NCBI GenBank assembly: GCA_963714975.1
Contig: CAVQQD010000002.1
Span: 1,176,462 to 1,240,461, forward strand
Length of the DNA: 64,000 nt
From: an uncultured Gammaproteobacteria bacterium
GTDB taxonomy: Bacteria > Pseudomonadota > Gammaproteobacteria > JAURND01
Reading direction: 5' to 3'
The notes beneath the pieces were generated by a model. The model did not search any database. It saw nothing but the letters and a program-made list of their open reading frames with translations, and had not been told where the DNA came from. Of the stretch, positions 1-10,751 are shown piece by piece (within the stretch, counting starts at the first letter, position 1; each line of letters begins with the position of its first letter). The translations under genes were made by a program, and so were the position numbers.

Positions 1-176
1 TGGGTGGCTGCTAATGATGCGTAGTGAGGAATTCCCTGTTGCAAGGCCCATAGTTCTGCGGCTTCATATGCAGAGATAATGCCTAGTATTTGCTGTCCTT
101 GTTGTTGGATAATTTTGGCACATTCCAGATGGAGATTATCCTCTCCAATGATAAAACAAGTGAAAATAGGGGACAT
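1..176 (-). CDS. 5' end of formyltransferase-initiated NRPS, copy 1 (runs off window)
   Basis: Manual translation from ATG 176: MSPIFTCFIIGEDNLHLECAKIIQQQGQQILGIISAYEAAELWALQQG, near-identical to the start of the NRPS at 50144. Confidence 0.9.
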   Translation of the reverse strand, partial: MSPIFTCFIIGEDNLHLECAKIIQQQGQQILGIISAYEAAELWALQQGIPHYASLAAT

Positions 177-591
177 AGGGTTGAAATGACTTCACGTTGG
201 GTTTTTAAATTTTCCCTCCTCATAAATTCCTAACAAATTTGTCATTCTAAGCGAAGCGAAAGACCTCCCCCCTGACCTCCTAGTCCTTACAGGACTAATT
301 TGTCAGGAACAAAACTGTCACATCCCTGTGGGTGGATCCTGACCTCCTTGCCAGGACGACGCTTACTAGGAGGCCCTTCGGTTCGCTCAGAATAACAATA
401 GGTTGGCCCTGTCGCACTTGCGGTGCTGCCCAACCACGATGACAGTCTACTAGCTTAAGGAAAAATTAACAAGTGTAGCAAAAGATTTATAAAAGAAGCG
501 GAAATGGAAAGCAGAGGGGTGATGGGCCACTTGAGAATAGATCAGTTGGATGAGAAGTCAAAATCTAAGATAAGCCGCCCTTAAGAAAAAT

Positions 592-620
592 TTGCATTTC
601 AGTCAAAGTCAATGAATAAT
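592..620 (+). promoter_or_regulatory. sigma70-like promoter of CDPS operon, copy 1
   Basis: TTGCAT-17 nt-AATAAT, conserved at 50563-50591; first leader hairpin starts at 627. Confidence 0.55.
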
Positions 621-626
621 AGCAAA

Positions 627-1057
627 CCTCGGGGGCTTGCGCCTCCGAGGCCGCGCCAAAAGAATGTTGATAGCATTCTTGAGGCACTTCCATAATCAAT
701 TAACCTAATACGAGGTTAACCGAAGATGGCCCAGAAAGCTTACTTCATTGCGTGTTCGTGTAAAACTCTTTTTTCGATGTTGCCCACATTTTTTTACCTG
801 GATTCTCCTAGGCGAATTGTTCACGCCTGGGAAAATTCGCTTGCATCCCATGGAATTTCCTCGACTGTCTTCGGTGGATTATGGGCTTGGGGTGCTAAGT
901 TACCGGTTTTTTGGTGGCCAACATCGATGCAGAGAGGGGTAAGCAAGTAAGAGAGGAACGGTATGGCGGGGTGATTTATATCGCCTCGCCATCCTAAAAT
1001 CTTCTGCTTGCCTACCCTGGTTCGATGCTTTTTTCGCATCCACCCAGGAACGCGCCG
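627..1057 (+). ncRNA. Structured 5' leader RNA of CDPS operon, copy 1
   Basis: At least seven stems shared with 50599-51034, with variable loops and compensatory changes. Confidence 0.65.
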
Positions 1058-1482
1058 ATGACTCCGAAAAAAATCAAACCCGTTTTCAAATACGAACAAA
1101 CTAACGCGCCAATTCCGTTCGATCAGGCGCATTGTTTACTGACGATTAGCGTCGGCCAAGAAGTGCATGAAGGCGAGCCATTCGCAGCGACCGTAGCTTT
1201 GGTGCGTCAGCAATTTGCGCGATGCACTCTGCTGATTGACGATACCCTGCAGCGCCACACCCTGGCATTATTGCACCCTGAACGCCGGGCGGAAGATTTT
1301 TTAGCCAGCGCACAACAAGAAGGCGAAGCGTGGTTAGCACGCAATCACTCTACTTATCAGCATTTACCACAGCTTAAAATAGTCCAGTGGGATGATTGGT
1401 TAAACCATCCGCGTTATCCCGCCACCTTTCGACGCGTTAACTATTTAGTGACTCAACACTCCGCTTACCAACACGCTATCAA

Positions 1483-3194
1483 CCTAAAAACGGCAGTTGA
1501 AGGACTTCCTAACCGATAAAACTCTGATCAAATATCTTCCAACAAAGTACCTTTTTTTCAATTTTATGTGGGTGCTGATAAACCAAGTGGTGGCTGCAGC
1601 GACTTTCCATTTAAATATTTTCCTACTGCTTGGCTCAAAATTCGATACCAACATTGATCATGTGTTAACTGCTCCGCATCTTTTTTTAATCCTTTAAAAA
1701 ATTTCACCACGCGGCTTAATAACATTTGAACTTTATTAATATTTCCATGCGTGCTGCTGATAACAATGTGTGTTTGTCTTGCATGGACAGTTTGTTTTGC
1801 CATAGCATGCAATAATAAGGGACGACTCGTAATAGCTTCTAAATGTTTGTCAGGTTCTGCCAGGCGAGCAAATATATTCCACCAATTATAAATAAGAGCA
1901 ACCACGCGCGACATAAAGCGGCAACGCTTCATGTCTTGGGTTGTAAACCCGCTCCAACCCCATTGATTTTTCAATTCATCAAATATATTTTCACTGTCCG
2001 CACGATCGCGATAATGTTGCGCAATAGTCAGTATTTCATCCGGTAATGAAGTAACTAATACAGCGTATTCATAAACATAGGTTTTATCATCAACCTCACC
2101 AAAACATATCTCTAATTGTTTTGTTCCTGCATGTTGTGAAATAAGCATTAAATTTTTTTGTATTTTTTTTCTCAACACGATGACTCGACGCGATCTTTCC
2201 CAACCATCTAATTTCAATAAGGCATCAGTCCCTTCCCAGCCCTGATCAGCAAAATACCAATCTTGACGAACCATTTTTACTTCTTCTATTAAACGCTTTA
2301 CATTCTTCGTTGATTTCAATTTAAATAAATAGGGTATTTGCTTTTCTTCAGCAATTTTCATCACACCATCTGTACCAAAAGCACAATCACCTCGCAAAAA
2401 TTGAGGCCACTGTGCACGCGGAATACGATCTAATAATTCCCATAAATCAGGCGCCGAATAACTGGATGCCATTTGATTACCAGGCTGTACTTCAACATCC
2501 AGTACTAAACGTAAATTGGCGATAAAATAGGAATGATAGGTATGAGAAGGGCGGCCAGGTTTTGTTGGATTATAACCCAATACAGCTCCTTCCTGTTTTC
2601 CATAAAGTACTTTAACTGTGGTATCAACATCTAATATCCATGGCACACTCAGCAATGGCACATAACATTTATTTAAATGTTTTTGTAGCCATACTATTCC
2701 AGCTTCTTCTTCCATTTTTACAAAAGCACGCCGGAGTGAATCTTCACTCACTATTTTTTTCATACCCAATAAATCTGGATTTACTCCATCACAACGCAAT
2801 GTAGTGATATGAGCATAGCGACTATGACCTGCTAAAACAGCTAATAACAGCGTACCTAAAATGTCACGATTTGAAGGAGCGTTGGGACTTACTAATTGCA
2901 ATGGACAATCTTCAACCCAAGGGTCAAATAAATTTCCAATCTTTAAAAATTCAATAAAAAATGCCAATTGTCCTAGCGGAGTTACAGCAGCTTGAGGATC
3001 CCATTCCACATAGATGCGACCACCAAAAGTATCTAGGGCTAATGAGACATTTTTGGCTAATAAATTTTCTTCTTTTAAGTCTTCTGGCAGTTCACCCGTT
3101 GGGTGAAGAGGAGCCGGAGGTAGTTTCATGCGATTTCCCCTGTAATTTTGTTATAAGGGTCGCATTATCTCATAGTTCAACTGCTTTTTTTAGG
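1483..3194 (-). mobile_element. IS1380-family insertion sequence
   Basis: Terminal IRs CCTAAAAACGGCAGTTGAA / CCTAAAAAAAGCAGTTGAA; ATCAA duplicated at 1478-1482 and 3195-3199; 1712 bp. Confidence 0.92.
1564..3129 (-). CDS. IS1380-family DDE transposase
   Basis: 521 aa; LDVDTT, RGDCAF and YRDRADSENIFDELK motifs. Confidence 0.9.
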   Translation of the reverse strand: MKLPPAPLHPTGELPEDLKEENLLAKNVSLALDTFGGRIYVEWDPQAAVTPLGQLAFFIEFLKIGNLFDPWVEDCPLQLVSPNAPSNRDILGTLLLAVLAGHSRYAHITTLRCDGVNPDLLGMKKIVSEDSLRRAFVKMEEEAGIVWLQKHLNKCYVPLLSVPWILDVDTTVKVLYGKQEGAVLGYNPTKPGRPSHTYHSYFIANLRLVLDVEVQPGNQMASSYSAPDLWELLDRIPRAQWPQFLRGDCAFGTDGVMKIAEEKQIPYLFKLKSTKNVKRLIEEVKMVRQDWYFADQGWEGTDALLKLDGWERSRRVIVLRKKIQKNLMLISQHAGTKQLEICFGEVDDKTYVYEYAVLVTSLPDEILTIAQHYRDRADSENIFDELKNQWGWSGFTTQDMKRCRFMSRVVALIYNWWNIFARLAEPDKHLEAITSRPLLLHAMAKQTVHARQTHIVISSTHGNINKVQMLLSRVVKFFKGLKKDAEQLTHDQCWYRILSQAVGKYLNGKSLQPPLGLSAPT

Positions 3195-3529
3195 ATCAAG
3201 CTAACCATTAGCACTTTTTTACAGCGTTACACTCAACGTCTGTCCCCTGAAATATTGAGACAATTTAATTACGCCCGTGCCCAGGAATTATGCCGGAATT
3301 ATGTCCTGGAAGAATGCACCGCGCTTTGTTTATGGCCGGAATTGCAGTGCCATTATGAGGTCTACCCCAGCCCACACAATGCCGCGATGACTTATACGCA
3401 TCAACAATTTCTGCTCCCGCGCTATCCCGATTTATTACACCCGATCTCGATTAAGTTTAAGCAGCGCAAGCAGTTCAAGCCGCAGCGCTTTGACTGCTTA
3501 CCGCCCACTCAAGCAGAAGGAGTGATGAA

Positions 3530-4710
3530 ATGACCCTCAATTTATTTTATATTCCCGAAATTATTTTTAGCTCGGCGCTTTTTATCAATGCCCTGCTGTT
3601 TATTCCACAATTTATCAAAATCCTCAAAGAAAAAACTGCCCAGGAAGTTTCCTTGCTGACCTTCGTCGGCTTTTGGCTAATTCAAGCCACCATTGTCTGG
3701 CACGGTTTTTTGCAGAGGGATTGGTGGTTGGTGTGGGGTTATATCTTCAGCATGTTCACCTGTGGCGCAGTGATTGTGGGCATTATTTTATATCGACAGC
3801 GTCCGCCCCCTGCCTCGCTGCAGGACCAATACGAATTACTCGACAATTTATTAGCGATCCTGCCAGAGCATTTGTATTGGATCGATCGCAAGGGGCGGTA
3901 TTTAGGTTGCAATAATCAGCAAGCCGAATCCGCAGGCCTGGCTTCGCGTGAAGACATTGTGGGCAAGCGCAATAGCGATTTGCCCTGGAATATCAATGCC
4001 GGGCAATTACCCGAAACTTTAGATGCACTCCATCAAAAAATCATGTGCACCGGTGAGGCACAGGTTGTCGAAGAACCAGCGGTGTTGCCCAATGGCCGCG
4101 AAGCAATTTTTCTCTCTCACAAAGTGCCGCTACATCGTCGCGGTCAAATTGTGGGGATGGCCGGTGTTTCGATTGATATTACCCGCCCGCATTGAAGCCG
4201 AAAAGGCGTTGCTGCAAGCCTTGCAAGCCAAAGACGATTTTCTGCACAATATCAGTCACGATTTGCGTACTCCGTTTTGTGGTCTGGTGACCATGACGGA
4301 ATCACTGGCATTAAATGAGGAAAATCCAGAACGGAAAATGGGACTGCAATGCATCATGGATTCGGCCGAAGCCTTACTCACTCATCTCAATGAAATTTTA
4401 GACTATGTGCGCTCCACAGCCGGCACCCCGGTGAGCCAAGTGGCTTTTGATTTACCGGCCCTGGTGCAAACCACCTATGCCATGTTGGCTCCAACCGCCC
4501 AAGCCAAGCAATTACATTTTACCTGGGAAGTGACCCAATCCCTGCCCACCAGTGTTTGTGGTGATCGGCTGCGCACCCAGCAAATTTTGTTACATGTTCT
4601 TGCCAATGCAATCAAATTCACACCCAAAGGCTTTGTGCGCTTGCAAACCGCGGTTGAATCTGAACAAGAACACCACTGGTTAATTCGCTTCACCGTAAGC
4701 GACAGCGGCA
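3530..4710 (+). pseudogene. PQ-loop/PAS histidine kinase, copy 1 (frameshift ~4190, truncated in HATPase)
   Basis: Matches 51800..53197 up to VSDSG at ~4710, then unrelated sequence; the rest of the ATP-binding domain is missing. Confidence 0.85.
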
Positions 4711-4994
4711 GAGGAAGTTATTGTCGAAATTACGCGACAATAAAAAAACAGCTGGGCATCTGCTATTTGGCTTGATTATTTTTTCTATGGTTACAGAAGG
4801 TAGTTTACAATTTACTCACTCGGGTAATATTTTTGGGCTAGAACCTCAAGCCGAGATATATTTAGCAATTGCTTTGTGTAGTACAGCTGTTTTAGCCCTC
4901 ATGATCAAAAAAGCAGTGACTGGCAATGTATTCTGCTTTACTTCAGAAGCAGGAGAAATTGCTGATACGCTGTATGCATTAAAAGGCAGTTGAC

Positions 4995-5020
4995 ATCCTC
5001 GCCCTGAAGGGCGAGGATTT
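4995..5020. mobile_element. IS200/IS605-type end hairpin remnant
   Basis: ATCCTCGCCC-TGAA-GGGCGAGGAT, typical subterminal hairpin; no transposase nearby. Confidence 0.5.
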
Positions 5021-5071
5021 CTACTGCTTTTAACCATCACCCCAAACCTGCACGATTCCTGCACGATACTT

Positions 5072-5290
5072 CTATTTAATGATCAATTTCCAAACGGTGT
5101 TTCGAGCTTTTCCTTGTTGCTCCAATAAACCAAAAGATTGTAAAACCGTTAAATCAGCTTTAATAGTCCTAAGGCTTAATTTTTCCCCTAAACGATTATA
5201 AATTTCTTGAGCATTTAAAGCTTCTCCATAAGCAAGAATCTCCAATATTTTTTGCTGTCTATCGGTTAAAGTAATATTTTCTTGCTTCTC
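5072..5290 (-). pseudogene. Winged-helix C-terminal fragment
   Basis: Manual translation LTDRQQKILEIL...LSLRTIKADLTVLQSFGLLEQQGKARNTVW with no start codon. Confidence 0.5.
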
Positions 5291-5298
5291 AATTGATA

Positions 5299-5797
5299 TT
5301 ATTGGAGGCTTAATGCTTTTGGGAAATCGAAATATGACTTTAAATTCGGATGTGGATGGGAGTGAGACATATTTAGTTGTTTGGATTTGCTCCGTAGGGT
5401 CCCGGGATCAAAATATTGGCTCTTTAAGGCTTGGGCCATCACGAAATTAAATTCCGTCAATTCTTTGACTAAATGTTCCATTTCTTCGGCGGATTCATTA
5501 CTGGGTAAGGGCTTGGGGTAATTCGCTTTGACAACATGGACCAAGCGCGGCCGACAAGGCTTGCAGTTCCTCGGTCCCGGTAATGCCACGCACGATATCG
5601 CCAATGGCGGGAAAAAAGCGCCCACGCTCCTCCGGGCTGGTAAGGTGCTGATAAATCGCCTGCTCTACAGCAGCAATGTCGTATTTTTGTAAGGTGATCC
5701 AGTACAGTTCACTGACCTCTTCGGTTAACGGCCACCGATAGTGATCCCCTAAAATTTTGAGCAACTTGGCAAAGCGCAGCATGTCCTGAGTATTCAT
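5299..5797 (-). CDS. Phage/ICE-type protein (helicase-loader-inhibitor/DUF6475-like), frameshifted
   Basis: ORFs 5498..5887 and 5299..5625; LYWITLQKYD...GRFFPAIGDIV motif; next to tRNA 3' end. Confidence 0.45.
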
Positions 5798-5969
5798 GGG
5801 CGGACTCCTAGCTGCTCCGCTTTGGTGTTTAACCAATTCTGCAGGGTCGCGGCATTGCCCTGCGCCTTTTGTTGGAAAGTCGCGCAAAACTCGCGCAAGC
5901 GATTTTGGTGTTACACAAAACGAAAGGGGATAGTTCGATATAACTGATTGATTTTAAATGAATTTTAGC

Positions 5970-6046
<77 letters not shown>

Positions 6047-6092
6047 ATTGGGGCTGAAGGTCTCAAAGTATAGTTAGTCATTGATTAGCTGT

Positions 6093-7968
6093 CTATTCCT
6101 TTTCTAGATCAGTGAAACTAATAAGCCTTTCCGCACGGCTGGGATGACGCAATTTACGTAGCGCTTTAGCCTCAATTTGACGAATGCGTTCGCGGGTGAC
6201 ATCAAATTGCTTTCCTACTTCTTCTAAGGTGTGATCCGTATTCATATCAATACCAAAGCGCATACGCAAGACTTTAGCTTCGCGCGTGGTGAGAGAAGAA
6301 AGCACATCCTTAATTGCTTGTTGCAAACCAGCAATCGTCGCCGCATCAATGGGCGATTCTTGATCACCTTCAATAAAATCACCTAAATGAGAATCATCAT
6401 CGCCATCTTGCCCAATCGGGGTTTCCATCGATATAGGTTCTTTAGCAATTTTCATTACTTTACGAATCTTATCCTCGCTCATCTCCATTAAAACGCTGAG
6501 TTCTTCTGGGGTGGGTTCTTGACCAGTCTCTTGCAAAATTTGTCGCAGCAATGCGGCTCAACTTATTGATTGTCTCAATCATGTGAACCGGAATGCGGAT
6601 GGTACGGGCTTGATCTGCAATTGAACGAGTAATGGCTTGACGAATCCACCAGGTGGCATAAGTTGAAAATTTATATCCGCGGCGATATTCAAATTTATCG
6701 ACCGCTTTCATCAAACCAATGTTACCTTCCTGAATTAAATCCAAAAATTGCAAACCTCGGTTCGTATATTTTTTCGCAATTGAAATGACCAAACGCAGAT
6801 TAGCTTCAATCATTTCTTTTTTCGCACGTCGTGCTTTCGCCTCCCCAATCGACAAGCGACGATTAATTTCTCTAATCTCGGGTATCATTAACCCTGCTTC
6901 TTCTTCTAGTGCAATCAATTTTCGTTGCAATCGAGCTACATCTTGCGCGAATGGTTTTAACAAAGATGCTCGATTTTTATGGATTTTGATATAAGAATCA
7001 AACCATTCTAAATTGGTTTCATTGTTGGGAAAAGAACCAATAAAAGATTTGCGGGGAGTATTACCTTGAACGACACTAATATTTAAAATAGCTCGCTCAT
7101 GCGCCCGTACCTGATCCAGCATGTCGCGTATCTTGCGGATTTGGCGGGAAAATAATTTAGGTGCTAATTTACATCCTGAAAATACCTCTTGCAGCTTTTT
7201 CAAAGCTTGATCAGTATTTTGATGTTTCTTACCATACTGATTGCGTGCAGCTAGATATCCCTGCTGCAATGCGGCCAATTCCTGAAAATATTGCTTGGCG
7301 ACTTCAGGATCTGGGCCGGTATCGAGTATTCCACCTTCTTCTCCTCCACCACCGCCTTCTTCATCTTCCTCTTCTGCTCCAGCAGGCAAAGCAGCCACTT
7401 CTTCTGGCATTGGAAGCTCACCTACCACCTCAGTGCTAGCTTCTTCACTGGCTAAGAAACCAGTAATCACATCACTTAAGCGCTTTTCATCTTTTAAAGC
7501 TTTTCCATATTCTGATAATACCGAATCAATAATCTTGGGGTATTGAGCCAAAGAAAACATGACATTCTTCGTGCCTTCCTCAATACGTTGCGCAATAGCA
7601 ATTTCACCCTGGCGTGTAAGCAGCTCTACACTGCCCATCTCTCGCATATACATGCGCACCGGGTCCGTAGTACGCCCAAATTCTGCATCAACGGGAACCA
7701 AAGCAGCTAATTCTTCAACAGCAACTTCCTCATCTGCTTCTACGCCTCCTTGAGGTAAAAGCAAAGCCTCACCACCACCTTCTCCTCCTTCATCTTCACG
7801 GACTTCAATCCCCATACCATTGAATACGATAATAATTTCTTCAATGCGTTCCGGATCCATCAATTCAGGTGGCAAGCCATCATTAAGATCAGCCGTGGTC
7901 AGATACCCCTTGGCAATTCCCTTACTGATTAAAGCCTTTATTTCAGATTTGTCAGTTTCAAAGCTCAT
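6093..7968 (-). CDS. rpoD: RNA polymerase sigma factor RpoD (apparent frameshift ~6551)
   Basis: [39 protein letters not shown] and [13 protein letters not shown] across two ORFs. Confidence 0.97.
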
Positions 7969-8134
7969 ATAAACGCATTTGCCTTCTTAAGATGGATATA
8001 ATACTTTCCTTAGAGAACTGGGAGCCGTCACTGGCCTACTCTTCTTTCTTATAATGCTATTCATCCCCTACCTCAAGTATAGTAGGGCCCAAAGCTGGAA
8101 AACTGATCATTTTAACGACATATTCACTATTAAG

Positions 8135-9859
8135 CTAGCCGTTGTGATGTTCTTTTATTAATTCCAGCAAAAAACCCTTCTCCTCAGCTGTCAGTAGCTG
8201 GCTTTTTGCTTTTGCAATTAACTCTTGGATTTTTTGCTCTCGCGTCAAAATGACTAATTTCTTGAAAATAGCTGATAATTCTGCCTGAATCCCTGATGTT
8301 GGAACCAGCAATTCTATAAAACTTAGCTGAACTAAATATTTATAGCTTTTGCTATCACGCCAATACTCTAACAACTGTGCCGTAATAAGATTGGGGTTTA
8401 TACGGAGCAATTCAAGTAACTTGAGTAAAATATCAATCCCGGGTAAATTCACTTGGGCTAATTCTCCGGGCGGTTCGCTTTCTAGCACAAGTTGCGGATA
8501 TTGCAAGATTAGGGCGATAGCCAATTGCATCGGGGATAGTATTTTCTTTGGCAATTTAGTCTTTGCTGGGTTTTGGGTTTTTGCTGCCTTGACCACATAG
8601 TGACTTAAGTCAGCCGCATGGACACCCACTACGGAAGCTAATTTTTCCAGCATTAATTGTTTAAACACTCCATTTCTAATTTTCTGGATTAACCCTAAGC
8701 CGAGCTTTGCTAGCTTTGCTTTCCCGTCCATAAATTGTGGATTTGCCAAGGAACAAAGTCGTTTGAAGAAAAAATCAGCCAGCGAAATTGCTTGTGACAT
8801 ACGCTCTCGAAAAAGCTTTTCGCCCTCTTTACGAATTAGACTGTCTGGATCTTCAGCTTTAGGAAGAAACATAAAACGAACCTGCCAACCATCTTGTATT
8901 ACCTCCAAGCTGACTTCTAGGGCCCGCCATGCAGCTTCTTGCCCTGCCCGATCCCCATCAAAGCAAAAAATCACTTCAGGGGTGTATCGAAATAGTTTTT
9001 GTAAATGCCTTTGGCTCGTTGCAGTTCCCAAGGTACCCACCACATTGCTGATGCCAAATTGCCACAGAGCAATAACATCCATATAACCTTCGACTACTAA
9101 CACCTGATCCAAATGAGCATTATTTTGTCGCGCTTCATACAAACCATAGAGCTCATTGCCTTTATGGAACAATTCAGTTTCAGGAGAATTTAAATACTTC
9201 GGTAACTCTTCTCCCAACGATCTGCCTCCAAAAGCAATCACCCGACCCCGGCTATCTTTAATCGGAATCATAATGCGATTGCGAAACCGATCATAAATCT
9301 TGCCCTGCTTCGACTTAAGAAACAGACCACTTTCAAGTAATTGCGATTGCGATAAGGAATTGAGTTGCCGTCGAAGATTGTCCCAACCTGCTAGGGCAAA
9401 GCCTATCGCAAATTTTTGCATAATTTCAGGGCTGAGCCCCCGCGAATGCAAGTAAGATTGCGCTTGAGATGCACGCATCAGTTGAGATTGATAATAGCGA
9501 GCAGCTTGATCGAGCACCTTATATAAAGGAGCTTGGGAAACTTGGGTAGGCTGCAATGCGGCTTGCGGCATGGGGAGCCCAAGAAAATTAGCTAGCTCCT
9601 CAACCGATTCAACAAATTCCAGCTTATTATAGGCCATTAAAAACCCGATGGCATTGCCATGGGCTCCGCAACCAAAGCAGTAATAAAATTGCTTTGGCTC
9701 ACTGACAGTAAAGGAGGGAGTTTTTTCGTTGTGGAAGGGGCAGCAAGTTACAAAATTGCTCCCCATTTTTTTCAGACTGACACGCCGGTCAATGAGTTCG
9801 ACAATATTAACCCGTTCCAACAGCTCATGAATAAAATCCTGAGGGATTGATGGGTTCAG
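8135..9859 (-). CDS. dnaG: DNA primase
   Basis: CPFHNEKTPSF, KYLNSPET, VEGYMDV, FDGDRAG; frame extends to a CTG at 9859 with GAGG upstream. Confidence 0.96.
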   Translation of the reverse strand: MNPSIPQDFIHELLERVNIVELIDRRVSLKKMGSNFVTCCPFHNEKTPSFTVSEPKQFYYCFGCGAHGNAIGFLMAYNKLEFVESVEELANFLGLPMPQAALQPTQVSQAPLYKVLDQAARYYQSQLMRASQAQSYLHSRGLSPEIMQKFAIGFALAGWDNLRRQLNSLSQSQLLESGLFLKSKQGKIYDRFRNRIMIPIKDSRGRVIAFGGRSLGEELPKYLNSPETELFHKGNELYGLYEARQNNAHLDQVLVVEGYMDVIALWQFGISNVVGTLGTATSQRHLQKLFRYTPEVIFCFDGDRAGQEAAWRALEVSLEVIQDGWQVRFMFLPKAEDPDSLIRKEGEKLFRERMSQAISLADFFFKRLCSLANPQFMDGKAKLAKLGLGLIQKIRNGVFKQLMLEKLASVVGVHAADLSHYVVKAAKTQNPAKTKLPKKILSPMQLAIALILQYPQLVLESEPPGELAQVNLPGIDILLKLLELLRINPNLITAQLLEYWRDSKSYKYLVQLSFIELLVPTSGIQAELSAIFKKLVILTREQKIQELIAKAKSQLLTAEEKGFLLELIKEHHNG

Positions 9860-9874
9860 CGGGATTTCCTCGTC

Positions 9875-10321
9875 TTACTTACTTAAATACTCTTTCACCT
9901 TGGCGCTGACTAAACCTACATCAACACGTCCTTGAAGCTTGGGCTTTAATTCCGCCATGACCTTACCCATATCCTTGATCGATTGAGCCTGGGTGGAGGT
10001 AATAACTTGTTGAATTAATGCCCCCACTTCAGCCTCTGTGAAAGGAGTAGGAAGGTAACTGGTAATGACCGAGATTTCATAATTTTCTTGATCGGCCAAA
10101 TCAGTACGCCCAGCACCGGCAAATAGAGCAGCGGCATCCTGACGCTGTTTGATCATCTTGTGGATTACCGCAAACACCTCAGGATCATCTAAAACAATGC
10201 GCTCATCAACTTCACGCTGTTTTATGGCAGCAAGTAAAAGACTAGTAGCGTCTTTACGCCTTTTATCATGAACCTTCATGGCTGCGATCATATCTTTGTG
10301 TATTTGTTCCTTTTTTAACAT
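9875..10321 (-). CDS. GatB/YqeY domain protein
   Basis: KMIKQRQDA, KDMGKVM; usual position between rpsU and dnaG. Confidence 0.92.
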   Translation of the reverse strand: MLKKEQIHKDMIAAMKVHDKRRKDATSLLLAAIKQREVDERIVLDDPEVFAVIHKMIKQRQDAAALFAGAGRTDLADQENYEISVITSYLPTPFTEAEVGALIQQVITSTQAQSIKDMGKVMAELKPKLQGRVDVGLVSAKVKEYLSK

Positions 10322-10323
10322 GA

Positions 10324-10602
10324 CTATTCTTGATCGTGATATCGTCTTGATTTGGTGTCTTTGCCACCACGCTTGCGCTCTCTACTCCGGCTACTATAGG
10401 AGGCGCCCTCTTTTTCCTTAAACAGTTTTTTCTCCCAACGCTTCACTGCAGCGGCATGTTTACGCTTTCGCTTGCTCGTTGGCTTTTCGTAAAATTCGAT
10501 TTGTCTTAGTTTGGCAAGTATTCCTGCTTTCTCACAGGCACGCTTAAAACGTCTTAATGCGACATCAAAAGGTTCGGTCTCCCTAATGTTCACTTGTGGC
10601 AT
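10324..10602 (-). CDS. rpsU: 30S ribosomal protein S21 with basic C-terminal extension
   Basis: [24 protein letters not shown]; start at MPQV. Confidence 0.95.
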   Translation of the reverse strand: MPQVNIRETEPFDVALRRFKRACEKAGILAKLRQIEFYEKPTSKRKRKHAAAVKRWEKKLFKEKEGASYSSRSRERKRGGKDTKSRRYHDQE

Positions 10603-10751
10603 TCGTCTTCTCACCTCTATCATTTATAGGTTGTAGGTTAATGGTTAAAAACTCAAACCGCGATGTTAAACAGGATCATCACAGAATGCAAGAGTCTTGC
10701 GAATGATGATAAAGCATCCTAAGATAACCGTTTTGAAAAAGGACATTAGCC

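Larger units (their letters stand above)
1058..3533 (+). pseudogene. tRNA-dependent cyclodipeptide synthase (XYP type) split by IS1380
   Basis: N-half has ISVGQEVHE, C-half has YVLEE and EVYP; removing the IS restores QHAIKLTISTFL in frame, matching 51035..51781. Confidence 0.9.

Noticed and set aside
453-595. Repeated CTTAAG(G)AAAAATT as a named regulator site
   Set aside because: Conserved in both copies but AT-rich and not assignable to a known consensus.
726-950. 74-aa leader peptide upstream of the CDPS
   Set aside because: Frame and sequence are not kept in copy 2, whereas base pairing is.
2961-3533. Independent 190-aa gene
   Set aside because: Fusion of antisense IS1380 sequence with the CDPS C-half.
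4721-4993. 90-aa membrane ORF as a functional gene
   Set aside because: Starts at the kinase truncation junction and ends at an IS hairpin; probably a fragment.
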